Position numbers and translations under genes: made by a program. The notes beneath the pieces were generated by a model. It searched no databases, had not been told where the DNA came from, and worked only from the letters and a program-made list of their open reading frames with translations. From an uncultured virus (IMG/VR IMGVR_UViG_3300027851_000026) (Duplodnaviria; Heunggongvirae; Uroviricota; Caudoviricetes), in IMG/VR virus record IMGVR_UViG_3300027851_000026: 20,000 nucleotides of DNA. One strand, given 5' to 3'. The stretch's first letter is position 1; every line of letters starts with the position of its first letter. Positions 7,884 through 15,949 of this stretch are shown one piece after another.

Positions 7884-8110
7884 TGCGTAGTGGCGTGGGG
7901 AGATAGTGGGGAGTTTGTGGTAGGATTGTCCAGTTTGCGCGGCAGGAAGCGGAAAGATGGGGCGTTCTGGAATCGCATCCGGGCCTTTGCTTTCCGGTAT
8001 CCGCCGGCCGTTGACGGCATAAAGCGGAAGCCGTCGTGGTGCCCCCGGCCGGACTCGAAAACCCAAGAAATTCAACGATCGCCATGGGGTAGTGCGTAAT
8101 TATTGGGGAG
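7884..8110. other. attP-like region: tRNA 3'-end core (8037-8059) flanked by arm-type repeats
   Basis: Minus strand 8037-8059 TTCGAGTCCGGCCGGGGGCACCA = T-loop, T stem, acceptor strand and CCA; repeats TGCGTAR (7884, 8093) and TGGGGAG (7896, 7907, 8104) on both sides; lies between int and xis. Confidence 0.8.
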
Positions 8111-8324
8111 CCCGCAACGCATCCACGGCCTCGATAGGCACGCGCCCGCAGCGATTCAGCTTCAGTTTCCCAGCGACGATGTAGTTTCGCACGGTCCGGG
8201 TACTCACGCCAAGGATCTCCGCCACCTGCGCCTGCGTGACTTGTGTAGGCCGGGGGTGCGTCTCGGCGTAGAGCTGGACTGCTCGAGCAGCGATGCGCAG
8301 CGTTTGGTCGTCACTCATCGTCAT
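8100..8324 (-). CDS. xis: Excisionase-like HTH protein
   Basis: VTQAQVAEILGVSTRTVRNYIVAGKL HTH, 72-74 aa, adjacent to attP/int; AGGAG RBS. Confidence 0.75.
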   Translation of the reverse strand: MTMSDDQTLRIAARAVQLYAETHPRPTQVTQAQVAEILGVSTRTVRNYIVAGKLKLNRCGRVPIEAVDALRAPQ

Positions 8325-8700
8325 TCTCCTTCACCACGGCTTTCCCGTAAGGGGAGGCGGGAAGAAGTGGCCGCCAATGTGTTGGCGCGCTTGATAGAGG
8401 CTCTATCGCCGGCTGCGGCCACCAAGTCCACGTAACGTCAAGGAAGGCCACGACCTGCCCAAGACGTTCGGACCACACCAGAGCCGGGAAATGATCGCGC
8501 GGCTTTGTCTCGATAGGCTGCCATCCCTGCACCACCGCCATCCCTTCTGCCTGGAGGGCGGAGAAAAGGCGTTCGGCTTCCTCGCTGTAGATGCCCCAAT
8601 GGCGGCAGGGATTGCAGGCAGTAACGCGATGCCCGCGGCACTCCTCGGCGCAATATCCCCTCGCCATCACCTCTAGGGTCTTGGAGCGGGATTCAGTCAT
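8311..8700 (-). CDS. Phage protein with C-terminal DUF551-type domain
   Basis: GWQPIETKP...PTHWRPL; start reassigned to ATG 8700 (GGAG RBS). Confidence 0.7.
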   Translation of the reverse strand: MTESRSKTLEVMARGYCAEECRGHRVTACNPCRHWGIYSEEAERLFSALQAEGMAVVQGWQPIETKPRDHFPALVWSERLGQVVAFLDVTWTWWPQPAIEPLSSAPTHWRPLLPASPYGKAVVKENDDE

Positions 8701-9361
8701 GGTGTGCTCCGTCCGATGACGGCCGGAGCCCCTGTTCCCCTCCGGCCTCGACACCTTCCGCCTTGTCTGCGGCATCCCAGTACGCAAGCGGATTGAGCCA
8801 GTCCGGGAAGCGTGCGTTCAGTTCAGCGACGGCGGCTTTTTCTGCAGCGTTTCCGGAGTTGTAGCTTTCCGGGTCTTCGATGGGGAAAGCGGCGATGGCG
8901 ACGCCTTGATCGAAGATGCAAGCCCGCGTCGGGCGACTCTTTGGGTCGCAGTCGTAGTCAATGCCAGCGTGATAGCGATGGTTGAGGCGCGCGTGCGCTT
9001 TGCGGTCATAGAACGCAGCCTTGTAGAAAACGGAAACGCGCTTTCTTCCGTGTTCGTCCAGAATGTCGGACCACATGCTGTGTCCGGTCGCCTCGCGGCG
9101 CCAGCCCGGCGGAAGCGTGGCCTGCTGAAACAGGTCGTCGATCTTGGCGCCGAAGGTGAAGCCGGCTTGCTCGAACAGGGGCTTCCCGTTCTCGCCGTAC
9201 TTCATCCCGCTCAATTCAAGCGGCATGTCGGTGGATTCCACCAATTGCTTTTGACCGGCGGCTTCGGACGCCTCAATTGCGCCTGGTGCACCTGCCGATG
9301 CTCCGATGCCGAGCGCTTCGGCAGCCAACATCGCGGGCGTCATAATCGGCTTCTTCGTCAT
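8693..9361 (-). CDS. Hypothetical phage protein
   Basis: 222-aa ORF, GGAG RBS, good codon usage. Confidence 0.8.
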   Translation of the reverse strand: MTKKPIMTPAMLAAEALGIGASAGAPGAIEASEAAGQKQLVESTDMPLELSGMKYGENGKPLFEQAGFTFGAKIDDLFQQATLPPGWRREATGHSMWSDILDEHGRKRVSVFYKAAFYDRKAHARLNHRYHAGIDYDCDPKSRPTRACIFDQGVAIAAFPIEDPESYNSGNAAEKAAVAELNARFPDWLNPLAYWDAADKAEGVEAGGEQGLRPSSDGAHHD

Positions 9362-9444
9362 CTGTCACACTCCATCAATTGCAGTAGGTCGGTTGGCGCG
9401 GTAGCTCGCCTCTTTGGCGAGCGCGTAGCCTGTTCATAATTCCA

Positions 9445-9768
9445 CTACCCAACAGGGGGAGAGAGGGCGCGGAACTTGGCGAGCCACGCTTTCGTCCGGC
9501 TGAGCGCGCGCTTGACGCGAAACTTGGCGGGAACGTCGCCGGCCTCAAGGTCAACCTCGATCAGCTCCAGCGCGTCCAGCGCCTCCCGCCTCACTTCCTC
9601 CACCCGTGGGGAGGAGAGAGCCCGCAGCAACGCCGGCACGTGGAAGTCGAGCAACGTTGAGACGGCGCCGCGATTCACGCCCGGCTGATCAAAAATCACG
9701 AGCCCAGCTTCGTCTCTTTCGATGCTGTCGAGCAGGAAGTTGATGGCTTCAATGTCGATTCCGCTCAC
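9445..9768 (-). CDS. Hypothetical protein
   Basis: Likely GTG start at 9768 overlapping the HNH stop (GTGA) with AAGGAG RBS. Confidence 0.6.
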   Translation of the reverse strand: MSGIDIEAINFLLDSIERDEAGLVIFDQPGVNRGAVSTLLDFHVPALLRALSSPRVEEVRREALDALELIEVDLEAGDVPAKFRVKRALSRTKAWLAKFRALSPPVG

Positions 9769-10094
9769 TGTTCGATTCTCCTTGTCCATGCGTTGTACCC
9801 CGGAGGGGGCTTGGGGAAGCGGCTGGGCTTCTTGATGCCGTTGTGCTTGGCGGCGCAGCGCTTCGCCTTCGACCACGAGGCCGCGTCGGTTTTGGTCTTC
9901 CCGGCGTGGCAGGCCTTGTGAGCCGGGCGCATGTTGGCCTCGTCATCTACACCACCCAGCGCCAGAGGCCGCACATGCTCCACCTCCCAAGGCTGGCCTA
10001 CCTGGATGCGCTGCTCACACAGGTGGCAGACGCCCTTGGCAGCCTCGAACACCTTGAGACACTGCATGGGGGAAAGGGAGCGCCGGGCGGTCAC
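9765..10094 (-). CDS. HNH endonuclease
   Basis: CHLC...EVEHVRPLALGG.DDEANMRPAHKACHAGKT. Confidence 0.88.
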   Translation of the reverse strand: MTARRSLSPMQCLKVFEAAKGVCHLCEQRIQVGQPWEVEHVRPLALGGVDDEANMRPAHKACHAGKTKTDAASWSKAKRCAAKHNGIKKPSRFPKPPPGYNAWTRRIEQ

Positions 10095-10288
10095 GGCTTG
10101 TCGCCAGCCTGCTTCAGAATGGCTCGGGCCAGCCGCACGGCCTCGCGTTGCGTTAGAGCAACCTCATTGTGGAGGTCTTCTTTGCAAAACTGGTCCGGCA
10201 TGAACAAAGCGACGCGCCCCTTGGCGATCGGGTGGACGTACGCCAGTCGCTTGCCGATCCGGATTCCAAGCACAATTTGCTCGCTCAC
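10091..10288 (-). CDS. Hypothetical protein (65 aa)
   Basis: GTG start overlapping the NinB stop, GGGAG RBS, fills the gap to HNH with a 4-nt overlap. Confidence 0.55.
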   Translation of the reverse strand: MSEQIVLGIRIGKRLAYVHPIAKGRVALFMPDQFCKEDLHNEVALTQREAVRLARAILKQAGDKP

Positions 10289-10698
10289 TTCGTCTCTCCC
10301 AAGTCGGAACGGTTGAATGTGACGCCGTGGAGGTCGCCAAATATGAACAGCCACTCGTTGAAGGCGGCGGCCTGCTTGGTGGTCAGGTCGCTCGTGTGAG
10401 GCAGGAGGAGGGCGAATTGCAGGCCGTCCAGGCTCTCGACGAGGTCGGGCGTTTCTCCCGTCTCCTTGAGCCACTGGAGGGTTGCGCGGCGCTTCCACCA
10501 GATCACGTCATGTAGCTCGTCCGTTTCCGGGGGCCACGGGAGTTGGTCGGCGATGTCGCTGAGGGCGGCATGGAGGAGCCGGTTCTGCTTGAGGGTCCGG
10601 CTGCGATCCTTGCCCGCGTTTGCCGGCCGACTTCCATAAGCCGCTCGCGCTCCCCCTCGCTCAGAGCCGTAATCAGGGGTTTGTGCTGTCGCCACCAT
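10285..10698 (-). CDS. ninB: NinB/Orf-family recombination protein (5' end uncertain)
   Basis: RTLKQNRLLHAALSDIADQLPW...WWK...SLDG...TSDLT...FNEWLFIFG..HGVTF matches the lambda NinB motif layout. Confidence 0.75.
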   Translation of the reverse strand: MVATAQTPDYGSERGGARAAYGSRPANAGKDRSRTLKQNRLLHAALSDIADQLPWPPETDELHDVIWWKRRATLQWLKETGETPDLVESLDGLQFALLLPHTSDLTTKQAAAFNEWLFIFGDLHGVTFNRSDLGETK

Positions 10699-10761
10699 GC
10701 GTTCAATTCCTCATCAGAGGTTGCCTGCCCGAGCGCCCAGACAAGGACGCTCGGAAGGAGG

Positions 10762-11697
10762 TCAGCCGGCAAGCGCGGCCTTGCGGGCCTCGTGTTCTGC
10801 CTTCACGTTGAGCGCGTCGGACTTGTGCAGCGCCCAGAAGTGGCGAAGGGAGACTTCGTTGGTAGCCCACCACCAATCCAGTTCGCCGACGCTTTCGAGG
10901 GTGGCGAAGTGGGCGATGCACCGATCGGCCAGCTTGCCCACCGGCACGGCCTCGATGGCCTCGCCAAGCTTCCACACCATGGCGACGGTGTTGGTGCCGC
11001 CGACGCGCTGCAGGCGCTGGGCTTGCTCGTGCTGCTCGACCTCGGCAGAAGGCGTGATGTCCACCATCTGGCGTTCCATTTCCTCGGGGGCGTAGATACC
11101 CGACAGGTCTTCAGGCCAGCCGCGCCGCAGGGCTTGCGCCTCTGCGACTTTGGCAATCATTACCCGCGCCATCTTTTTCCAGTTGCTGGTGGCGTCAAGA
11201 GTGAAGCGGCCCGTAGGAGCGCGCTTTCCGGCTTGCTCGCTGTAGGCCCATTCCTCCTTCAGGGGCGCGAACTCGTCCCAATGGGCGGTGCCCACGACGG
11301 CATGCCATTCGCCATTGGGGGCGAGCTTGTAGGCGCGCACGACGGCCTTCACGATGCCGAGCGGATTGGTCTCCAAATCCTTGGCCGCCTCGTCATAGAC
11401 GATGACAGGCTCCTGGTCGTCTGGACGGTAATCGCGATTACGCGCAGCAACGGCGCGGAAGCCGTCGATCCCGGTGATAATCGCCATCTTCCGCTTTTCG
11501 TGGTCTTTCTTGTTGTAGACCACCGCATAAATCTGCTTGCGGAACGGGTCCAAACCGACGCGGCGCGCGACCTCCATGTAGAGATCGAACTCCAGATCGT
11601 TGCAGTCGGCCGCGACCGTGCGTTTGATCAAGCCAAGCTGGGAGCCGGTGTAGTCTCGCAGAGAACGCTGGGGCTGTAGGGCGACGACGTTGCTCAT
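10762..11697 (-). CDS. bet: RecT/Bet-family single-strand annealing protein
   Basis: LIKRTVA...EFDLYMEVARRVGLDPFRKQIY, ITGIDGFRAVA, WKKMARVMIAKVAEAQALRRGWP..LSGIYAPEEM. Confidence 0.9.
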   Translation of the reverse strand: MSNVVALQPQRSLRDYTGSQLGLIKRTVAADCNDLEFDLYMEVARRVGLDPFRKQIYAVVYNKKDHEKRKMAIITGIDGFRAVAARNRDYRPDDQEPVIVYDEAAKDLETNPLGIVKAVVRAYKLAPNGEWHAVVGTAHWDEFAPLKEEWAYSEQAGKRAPTGRFTLDATSNWKKMARVMIAKVAEAQALRRGWPEDLSGIYAPEEMERQMVDITPSAEVEQHEQAQRLQRVGGTNTVAMVWKLGEAIEAVPVGKLADRCIAHFATLESVGELDWWWATNEVSLRHFWALHKSDALNVKAEHEARKAALAG

Positions 11698-11704
11698 GGG
11701 AACC

Positions 11705-12232
11705 TCACTTGATGCGAACGGAAAGGGTCAGGCCGCCGTTTGAAAGGCTCGCGCCCGGCACGGCCTCGCCAGCCCTCAGGGCCTCGGCCACGGCGGCGCG
11801 GTCGAGCTTGGGGTCGCTGGGCTTCCAGAATTTGGCAGGGATAATGGCCTCGTCCGTAATCATGGCCTTCGGTGGTGTCGGCCGCGCCGTCATCGTGCCG
11901 AGAGGCGAGCGGATGGTCTGCAGCCCCGCCTTGTCCATCGCCATGAGGATGATCCCCCGGCGAGACTCGATGGACTTCTCCATGCGGCCCTTGCGCGTCT
12001 GCAGTTCCTTGATCTTGGCGTCCAGCCCCTCAATCAGGATCTCGTCCTCGTGCGTCTGCTCCAGCACGAACGCGCACGCCTCAGCCAGGTTCGTTTCCCC
12101 CTCGATGGTGTCGAGAAGGAGCTTCGGATCGCAGTCCTCGCCCAACTGCTGGCGGAGCTTCATCGCGTCGTTCAGTTCGGCGCCGATTGCGCGGACGGTG
12201 ACGGACGAGCGCGGGATATGCTGGTCGGGCAT
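11705..12232 (-). CDS. Siphovirus Gp157-family protein
   Basis: DTIEGE, coiled coil, IPAKFWK...KLDRAAVAEALRAGEAVPGASL; start reassigned to ATG 12232 with AGGAG RBS. Confidence 0.85.
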   Translation of the reverse strand: MPDQHIPRSSVTVRAIGAELNDAMKLRQQLGEDCDPKLLLDTIEGETNLAEACAFVLEQTHEDEILIEGLDAKIKELQTRKGRMEKSIESRRGIILMAMDKAGLQTIRSPLGTMTARPTPPKAMITDEAIIPAKFWKPSDPKLDRAAVAEALRAGEAVPGASLSNGGLTLSVRIK

Positions 12233-12317
12233 CTGTCTGTTCTCCTGTTGTGTCAGGGGGAGGGTGGAATCTGGCTCGCAACTTCGCCGCTCCGCACCCG
12301 CTGCGTGTGAGAGTGCG

Positions 12318-12737
12318 TCAATCGGCGACGACGATTTCCACGAGTTGGCCGTCGGTGAACTTCGCGCGGTATCTGTGGTCTTTGTAGATCGGCCGACCGC
12401 GCGGGCCGTACTTCTCGTCTGGATCGCGCCCAATTTCCTCCAGCCCACCGAAATGAACCCAGCCGTGAAAAGCGGAATCGTGCAGGCTCTTCACATAGCT
12501 GATGCTACCGCAGATCGATTCGAGCGTTCCTGCTTCGGCATTCGGGAAAGGGCGCTTTTCTTTTGGCACCTCTTCAACTCGGTCAACGCGCTCCAGCATC
12601 AGGCGCCCGTCTGCCGTGATTACGTGAGTGACCATTTCGCAATCGAAATCCTTCGTTTGCAGGCCGACTACATCGCCTTCCAAGCCCCATCCGTCTGGCA
12701 GAGGCTTCTCGCACCGGATGTAATCAAACATTCCCAT
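12318..12737 (-). CDS. Hypothetical protein X1 (slot gene of repeat unit 1)
   Basis: MGMFDYIRCE...QTKDFDC...YRAKFTDGQL, 139 aa; AAAGG RBS in shared linker. Confidence 0.75.
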   Translation of the reverse strand: MGMFDYIRCEKPLPDGWGLEGDVVGLQTKDFDCEMVTHVITADGRLMLERVDRVEEVPKEKRPFPNAEAGTLESICGSISYVKSLHDSAFHGWVHFGGLEEIGRDPDEKYGPRGRPIYKDHRYRAKFTDGQLVEIVVAD

Positions 12738-13065
12738 TGGTCGTGCCTTTCGTGTCAGTGGAGATGGGTGCGGTAGGGCCGTCATCGGCCCGCGTAGCCT
12801 GTTCATCCTCCCCCTCTAAGGAGAGGGCGGCTTCTGCACACTCGCGCGCCTTGATCCGGAAAGTCCGATGGCTCATGTCCTGGTTCTCCGAATGATATCT
12901 GATGCTCTCCAGCGCCTCTCTCATCCCCCGTACTGCTGCGGAGGTGGAGAGAAGGGCGCGGGCAAGGACCAGAGCCTCAAGTGCTGTCGGCGGCTTGGTT
13001 TCAAATTCCTCGACCACGCGCCAAGCAATCATACCTTCCACCTCCGTCATAGGGCGGGCGGTCAT
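12724..13065 (-). CDS. Hypothetical protein Y1 (N-terminus identical to Y2, different internal segment)
   Basis: 113-aa ORF, ATGA overlap. Confidence 0.65.
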   Translation of the reverse strand: MTARPMTEVEGMIAWRVVEEFETKPPTALEALVLARALLSTSAAVRGMREALESIRYHSENQDMSHRTFRIKARECAEAALSLEGEDEQATRADDGPTAPISTDTKGTTNGNV

Positions 13066-13328
13066 GGGGACACCGAGGCTTCAATCGGAAAGCGTCCGCC
13101 GCTGTTGCGGCGTTCCTGCCATCCCGAATAGGTCATGCGCTTGCGCTTCACGAGGGCTTCAATGGTTGTCGTGCCGCACCACCATTCCGGCGAAGACCCG
13201 TTCATCTTCACGCCGACGTGCGTCCAGTATCCTCCGGGAAGGCGCACTAACTTTGCGTCCGCGCTCTCCATGGCGTGATTGAGAACGCGCTGCATCTCCG
13301 GCGACAGTTTGTGTTCCACCTTCATCAT
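13062..13328 (-). CDS. Hypothetical protein Z, copy 1
   Basis: MMKVEHKLSPEMQ..., 88 aa, GGAGAGG RBS; identical to 14084-14350. Confidence 0.7.
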   Translation of the reverse strand: MMKVEHKLSPEMQRVLNHAMESADAKLVRLPGGYWTHVGVKMNGSSPEWWCGTTTIEALVKRKRMTYSGWQERRNSGGRFPIEASVSP

Positions 13329-13449
13329 CCCTCTCCCTTCGTCTGAGTGGCGGGGGAAGGCACAGGCTCCGCTTCGCTGCGCACCTGTTCCCCGGCGTCG
13401 GCGCGACCTTCCGCCTTCGCTTCCCACGTCGGGCACGGCGTGATCTGGC
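13325..13449 (-). pseudogene. Orphan 3' fragment of gene 14347-14649
   Basis: Encodes QITPCPTWEAK...TKGEG, identical to the C-terminus of 14347-14649, without its 5' part. Confidence 0.75.
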
Positions 13450-13485
13450 TCGCTTCGCTCCGCACCCGCTGCGTGTGAGAGTGCG

Positions 13486-13758
13486 TCATTCCCGACTTTT
13501 CATGACGTATGCTTTGGCTTCTTCCTTCGACACGTATTTGCCATCCCACTCGAGATAGACCTTCTCGAAGTTGCCTTCGTCGATCAGCTCGCAGATGATC
13601 TCTTTCTGGCGCGGCGTGTCGTCCTGCGTCATGGCACCCGCCGACGCGCCTGCTTCAAAATACTCCTTCAAGAGCGCGCGGCCTTTCTCGGAGTGGAAGT
13701 GCCAAGCCTTCATGGTCCCCCACTTCAAGGCCAACTCGTCTCTGCCGTCGTCGCTCAT
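13486..13758 (-). CDS. Hypothetical protein X2 (slot gene of repeat unit 2)
   Basis: 90-aa ORF unrelated to X1 but with the same upstream and downstream flanks. Confidence 0.75.
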   Translation of the reverse strand: MSDDGRDELALKWGTMKAWHFHSEKGRALLKEYFEAGASAGAMTQDDTPRQKEIICELIDEGNFEKVYLEWDGKYVSKEEAKAYVMKSRE

Positions 13759-14087
13759 TTGGTCGTGCCTTTCGTGTCAGTGGAGATGGGTGCGGAGCCC
13801 GAAGGGCGAGCCTGTTCATCCTCCCCCTCTATTAAGGAGAGGGCGCGGAGACGCTTCCGAATGTCCCGCATCAGCTCAAAGTCCTTGTTCGCGGCGGCGA
13901 GAAAAGCGTTCTCGACTTCATCGATAGCGCTCTGCGGAGTTATCATCCCCCGTACTGCTGCGGAGGTGGAGAGAAGGGCGCGGGCAAGGACCAGAGCCTC
14001 AAGTGCTGTCGGCGGCTTGGTTTCAAATTCCTCGACCACGCGCCAAGCAATCATACCTTCCACCTCCGTCATAGGGCGGGCGGTCAT
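13755..14087 (-). CDS. Hypothetical protein Y2
   Basis: 110-aa ORF, first 48 aa identical to Y1. Confidence 0.65.
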   Translation of the reverse strand: MTARPMTEVEGMIAWRVVEEFETKPPTALEALVLARALLSTSAAVRGMITPQSAIDEVENAFLAAANKDFELMRDIRKRLRALSLIEGEDEQARPSGSAPISTDTKGTTK

Positions 14088-14471
14088 GGGGACACCGAGG
14101 CTTCAATCGGAAAGCGTCCGCCGCTGTTGCGGCGTTCCTGCCATCCCGAATAGGTCATGCGCTTGCGCTTCACGAGGGCTTCAATGGTTGTCGTGCCGCA
14201 CCACCATTCCGGCGAAGACCCGTTCATCTTCACGCCGACGTGCGTCCAGTATCCTCCGGGAAGGCGCACTAACTTTGCGTCCGCGCTCTCCATGGCGTGA
14301 TTGAGAACGCGCTGCATCTCCGGCGACAGTTTGTGTTCCACCTTCATCATCCCTCTCCCTTCGTCTGAGTGGCGGGGGAAGGCACAGGCTCCGCTTCGCT
14401 GCGCACCTGTTCCCCGGCGTCGGCGCGACCTTCCGCCTTCGCTTCCCACGTCGGGCACGGCGTGATCTGGC
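13943..14471 (+). repeat. 529-bp direct repeat, copy 2
   Basis: Matches 12921-13449. Confidence 0.95.
14084..14350 (-). CDS. Hypothetical protein Z, copy 2
   Basis: Identical to 13062-13328. Confidence 0.7.
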   Translation of the reverse strand: MMKVEHKLSPEMQRVLNHAMESADAKLVRLPGGYWTHVGVKMNGSSPEWWCGTTTIEALVKRKRMTYSGWQERRNSGGRFPIEASVSP

Positions 14472-14649
14472 AGAGGTCACGAACGTGCATGTCGGCCGTC
14501 CGCCAGTTCACCATTGCGGGATCGCCCGGCCTCCACTTCGGCGTCTTGTCGAGCGTGACTGGGTGGCCGCAATCCACAAACTCGGTGATCTGCGGAGAGC
14601 CGCCGTAGGTGTTGTGTTTGCACGTGCGGCAGTCTTGCTCGTCTGTCAT
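14347..14649 (-). CDS. Cys-containing hypothetical protein W
   Basis: 100-aa ORF, CRTCKH...C...CPTW, ATGA overlaps on both sides. Confidence 0.7.
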   Translation of the reverse strand: MTDEQDCRTCKHNTYGGSPQITEFVDCGHPVTLDKTPKWRPGDPAMVNWRTADMHVRDLCQITPCPTWEAKAEGRADAGEQVRSEAEPVPSPATQTKGEG

Positions 14650-15008
14650 CTCACGCTCTCCCAGAACGCATGCAGTTCAGACAGATCCAGAGGCTCGACG
14701 GGGTTGCAGCCGTTCGCCTCCAGATCCTTGTCGATGGCGCCCATGACGTTGCCGAGCTGGTCGATTGCGCCGCCGGCTACTTCGTGCAGCCAGCCGTTCA
14801 TTTCCTGCCTGCGGTTCGTGGGGAGAGCCTGGAACCGCCGCAGGACGCGCAGCAGATCGTCGGCAGCAGCGAACGCCTCTTGGCAATCGTCGTGAGCCGA
14901 GGCGAGGGCGAGGCCCTGAGAGCGGCGCGTCGCGCTCACAAGGTCCAGCCTGCTCACACGTCCCGGCGCGCTCTCGCGGATCAGGGCGGGGATATAGGTG
15001 GTGTCCAT
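14646..15008 (-). CDS. Hypothetical protein
   Basis: Start reassigned to ATG 15008 (AAGGAG RBS), MDTTYIPALIRE... Confidence 0.65.
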   Translation of the reverse strand: MDTTYIPALIRESAPGRVSRLDLVSATRRSQGLALASAHDDCQEAFAAADDLLRVLRRFQALPTNRRQEMNGWLHEVAGGAIDQLGNVMGAIDKDLEANGCNPVEPLDLSELHAFWESVR

Positions 15009-15009
15009 G

Positions 15010-15579
15010 TCAGGACTCCTTCGCCTTGATGGATGCGACAGCCAGTTGCGCCTTATGCCGCTCAATCTCGCGCTCGCAGCGCTTGATTTCCTTGCGGTGA
15101 TACGAGGCGTTCCAAGCCCATGTCCGCGTGTCGCGTTCCTTGCGATAAACGCGGGCCATTTCTTCCTGTTTGGCAGCCTCGGCAAGCTCCACGCCCTTGG
15201 CCTCGGCCTCCTCGCGAGAGGCAAATACGTCTTTTGACAGGAACGTATACCCGCCGACCAAATCAGTGACGCGGTACTCGACACCCTCAGCATTCATCTC
15301 GATCCCGGTCACACGAGCAAGCGCCGCTCTAGCTGCTCGCTTATGGACGATGATCCGGCCAGTGGGGGGCTCCCAGCCGCGCGAGCAATTTGCGCAGTGG
15401 ATCGATACCTGCGTCTCGTCATGGAATGTGACGCGCAGCCGGCCAGTGCCGCCGCAGTCGGGGCACTCGACGCTCGACTCAGTTGTATCGAAGCGAGCCA
15501 TCCAAACCGTGTCGCCAATGTTGAATGCAGGGCGAGATTGGTGCGAGGCCATCGAGCCGAGCCCGTTCATGTCTTCCAT
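15010..15579 (-). CDS. Zn-finger (CPDCGGTG...CANC) phage protein with C-terminal coiled coil
   Basis: 189-aa ORF, AGGAG RBS, DnaJ-like CxxCxGxG motif. Confidence 0.75.
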   Translation of the reverse strand: MEDMNGLGSMASHQSRPAFNIGDTVWMARFDTTESSVECPDCGGTGRLRVTFHDETQVSIHCANCSRGWEPPTGRIIVHKRAARAALARVTGIEMNAEGVEYRVTDLVGGYTFLSKDVFASREEAEAKGVELAEAAKQEEMARVYRKERDTRTWAWNASYHRKEIKRCEREIERHKAQLAVASIKAKES

Positions 15580-15625
15580 ATCTCACACTCCTGCTTTGGA
15601 GAGGGCGCGTCGAAAGCGGCCGGGG

Positions 15626-15949
15626 TTAGTCTGTGGGCGGTTCATAGGTCGCGTTCGCCATGTTCACGATCCAGTTGGCGATATCTCGCTCAAGATCGGC
15701 AGCCACGATGATCTCAAGCTTATTGCTGAGGATATTGACGAACGGCGGCTTTGATCCGTCACCCCACGGCTCGATATGCCAAGGCAACCCGAACCTGTCC
15801 GCATGGCGTTTGGCGAGACCCGTCTCAAACACGGCCATAGCCTTCCGCACTCCGGGGCTCCAGTGGTCGGAGCAGTGCGAGTACCCGCTGTCGCCGGGGC
15901 CAAATTCGCCGCCGCACTGACTGCAATACGTTTTCTCAAATTTACTCAT
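15626..15949 (-). CDS. Hypothetical protein with N-terminal CxxC...HCxxH motif
   Basis: Start reassigned to ATG 15949 (GAGGA RBS), MSKFEKTYCSQCGG... Confidence 0.65.
   Translation of the reverse strand: MSKFEKTYCSQCGGEFGPGDSGYSHCSDHWSPGVRKAMAVFETGLAKRHADRFGLPWHIEPWGDGSKPPFVNILSNKLEIIVAADLERDIANWIVNMANATYEPPTD

Larger units (their letters stand above)
12921..13449 (+). repeat. 529-bp direct repeat, copy 1 (copy 2 at 13943-14471)
   Basis: No mismatch found by eye; offset 1022; identical ORF translations in the track. Confidence 0.95.

Noticed and set aside
8037..8059. Complete tRNA gene
   Set aside because: Only the T-loop to CCA portion is present; upstream sequence cannot form the 5' T stem or other arms.
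7873..8085. 71-aa N-terminal extension of the integrase in the ORF track
   Set aside because: It runs through attP; a good RBS and typical Int N-terminus begin at 7872.
10543..12776. Long + strand ORFs 10543-11679 and 11709-12776 (also 6394-7287)
   Set aside because: Antisense shadows of bet, Gp157 and int, typical of high-GC coding DNA; no recognisable motifs.
12921..14471. Duplication as a DGR template/variable repeat pair
   Set aside because: Copies appear identical with no adenine-specific mismatches, and no reverse transcriptase is in the window.
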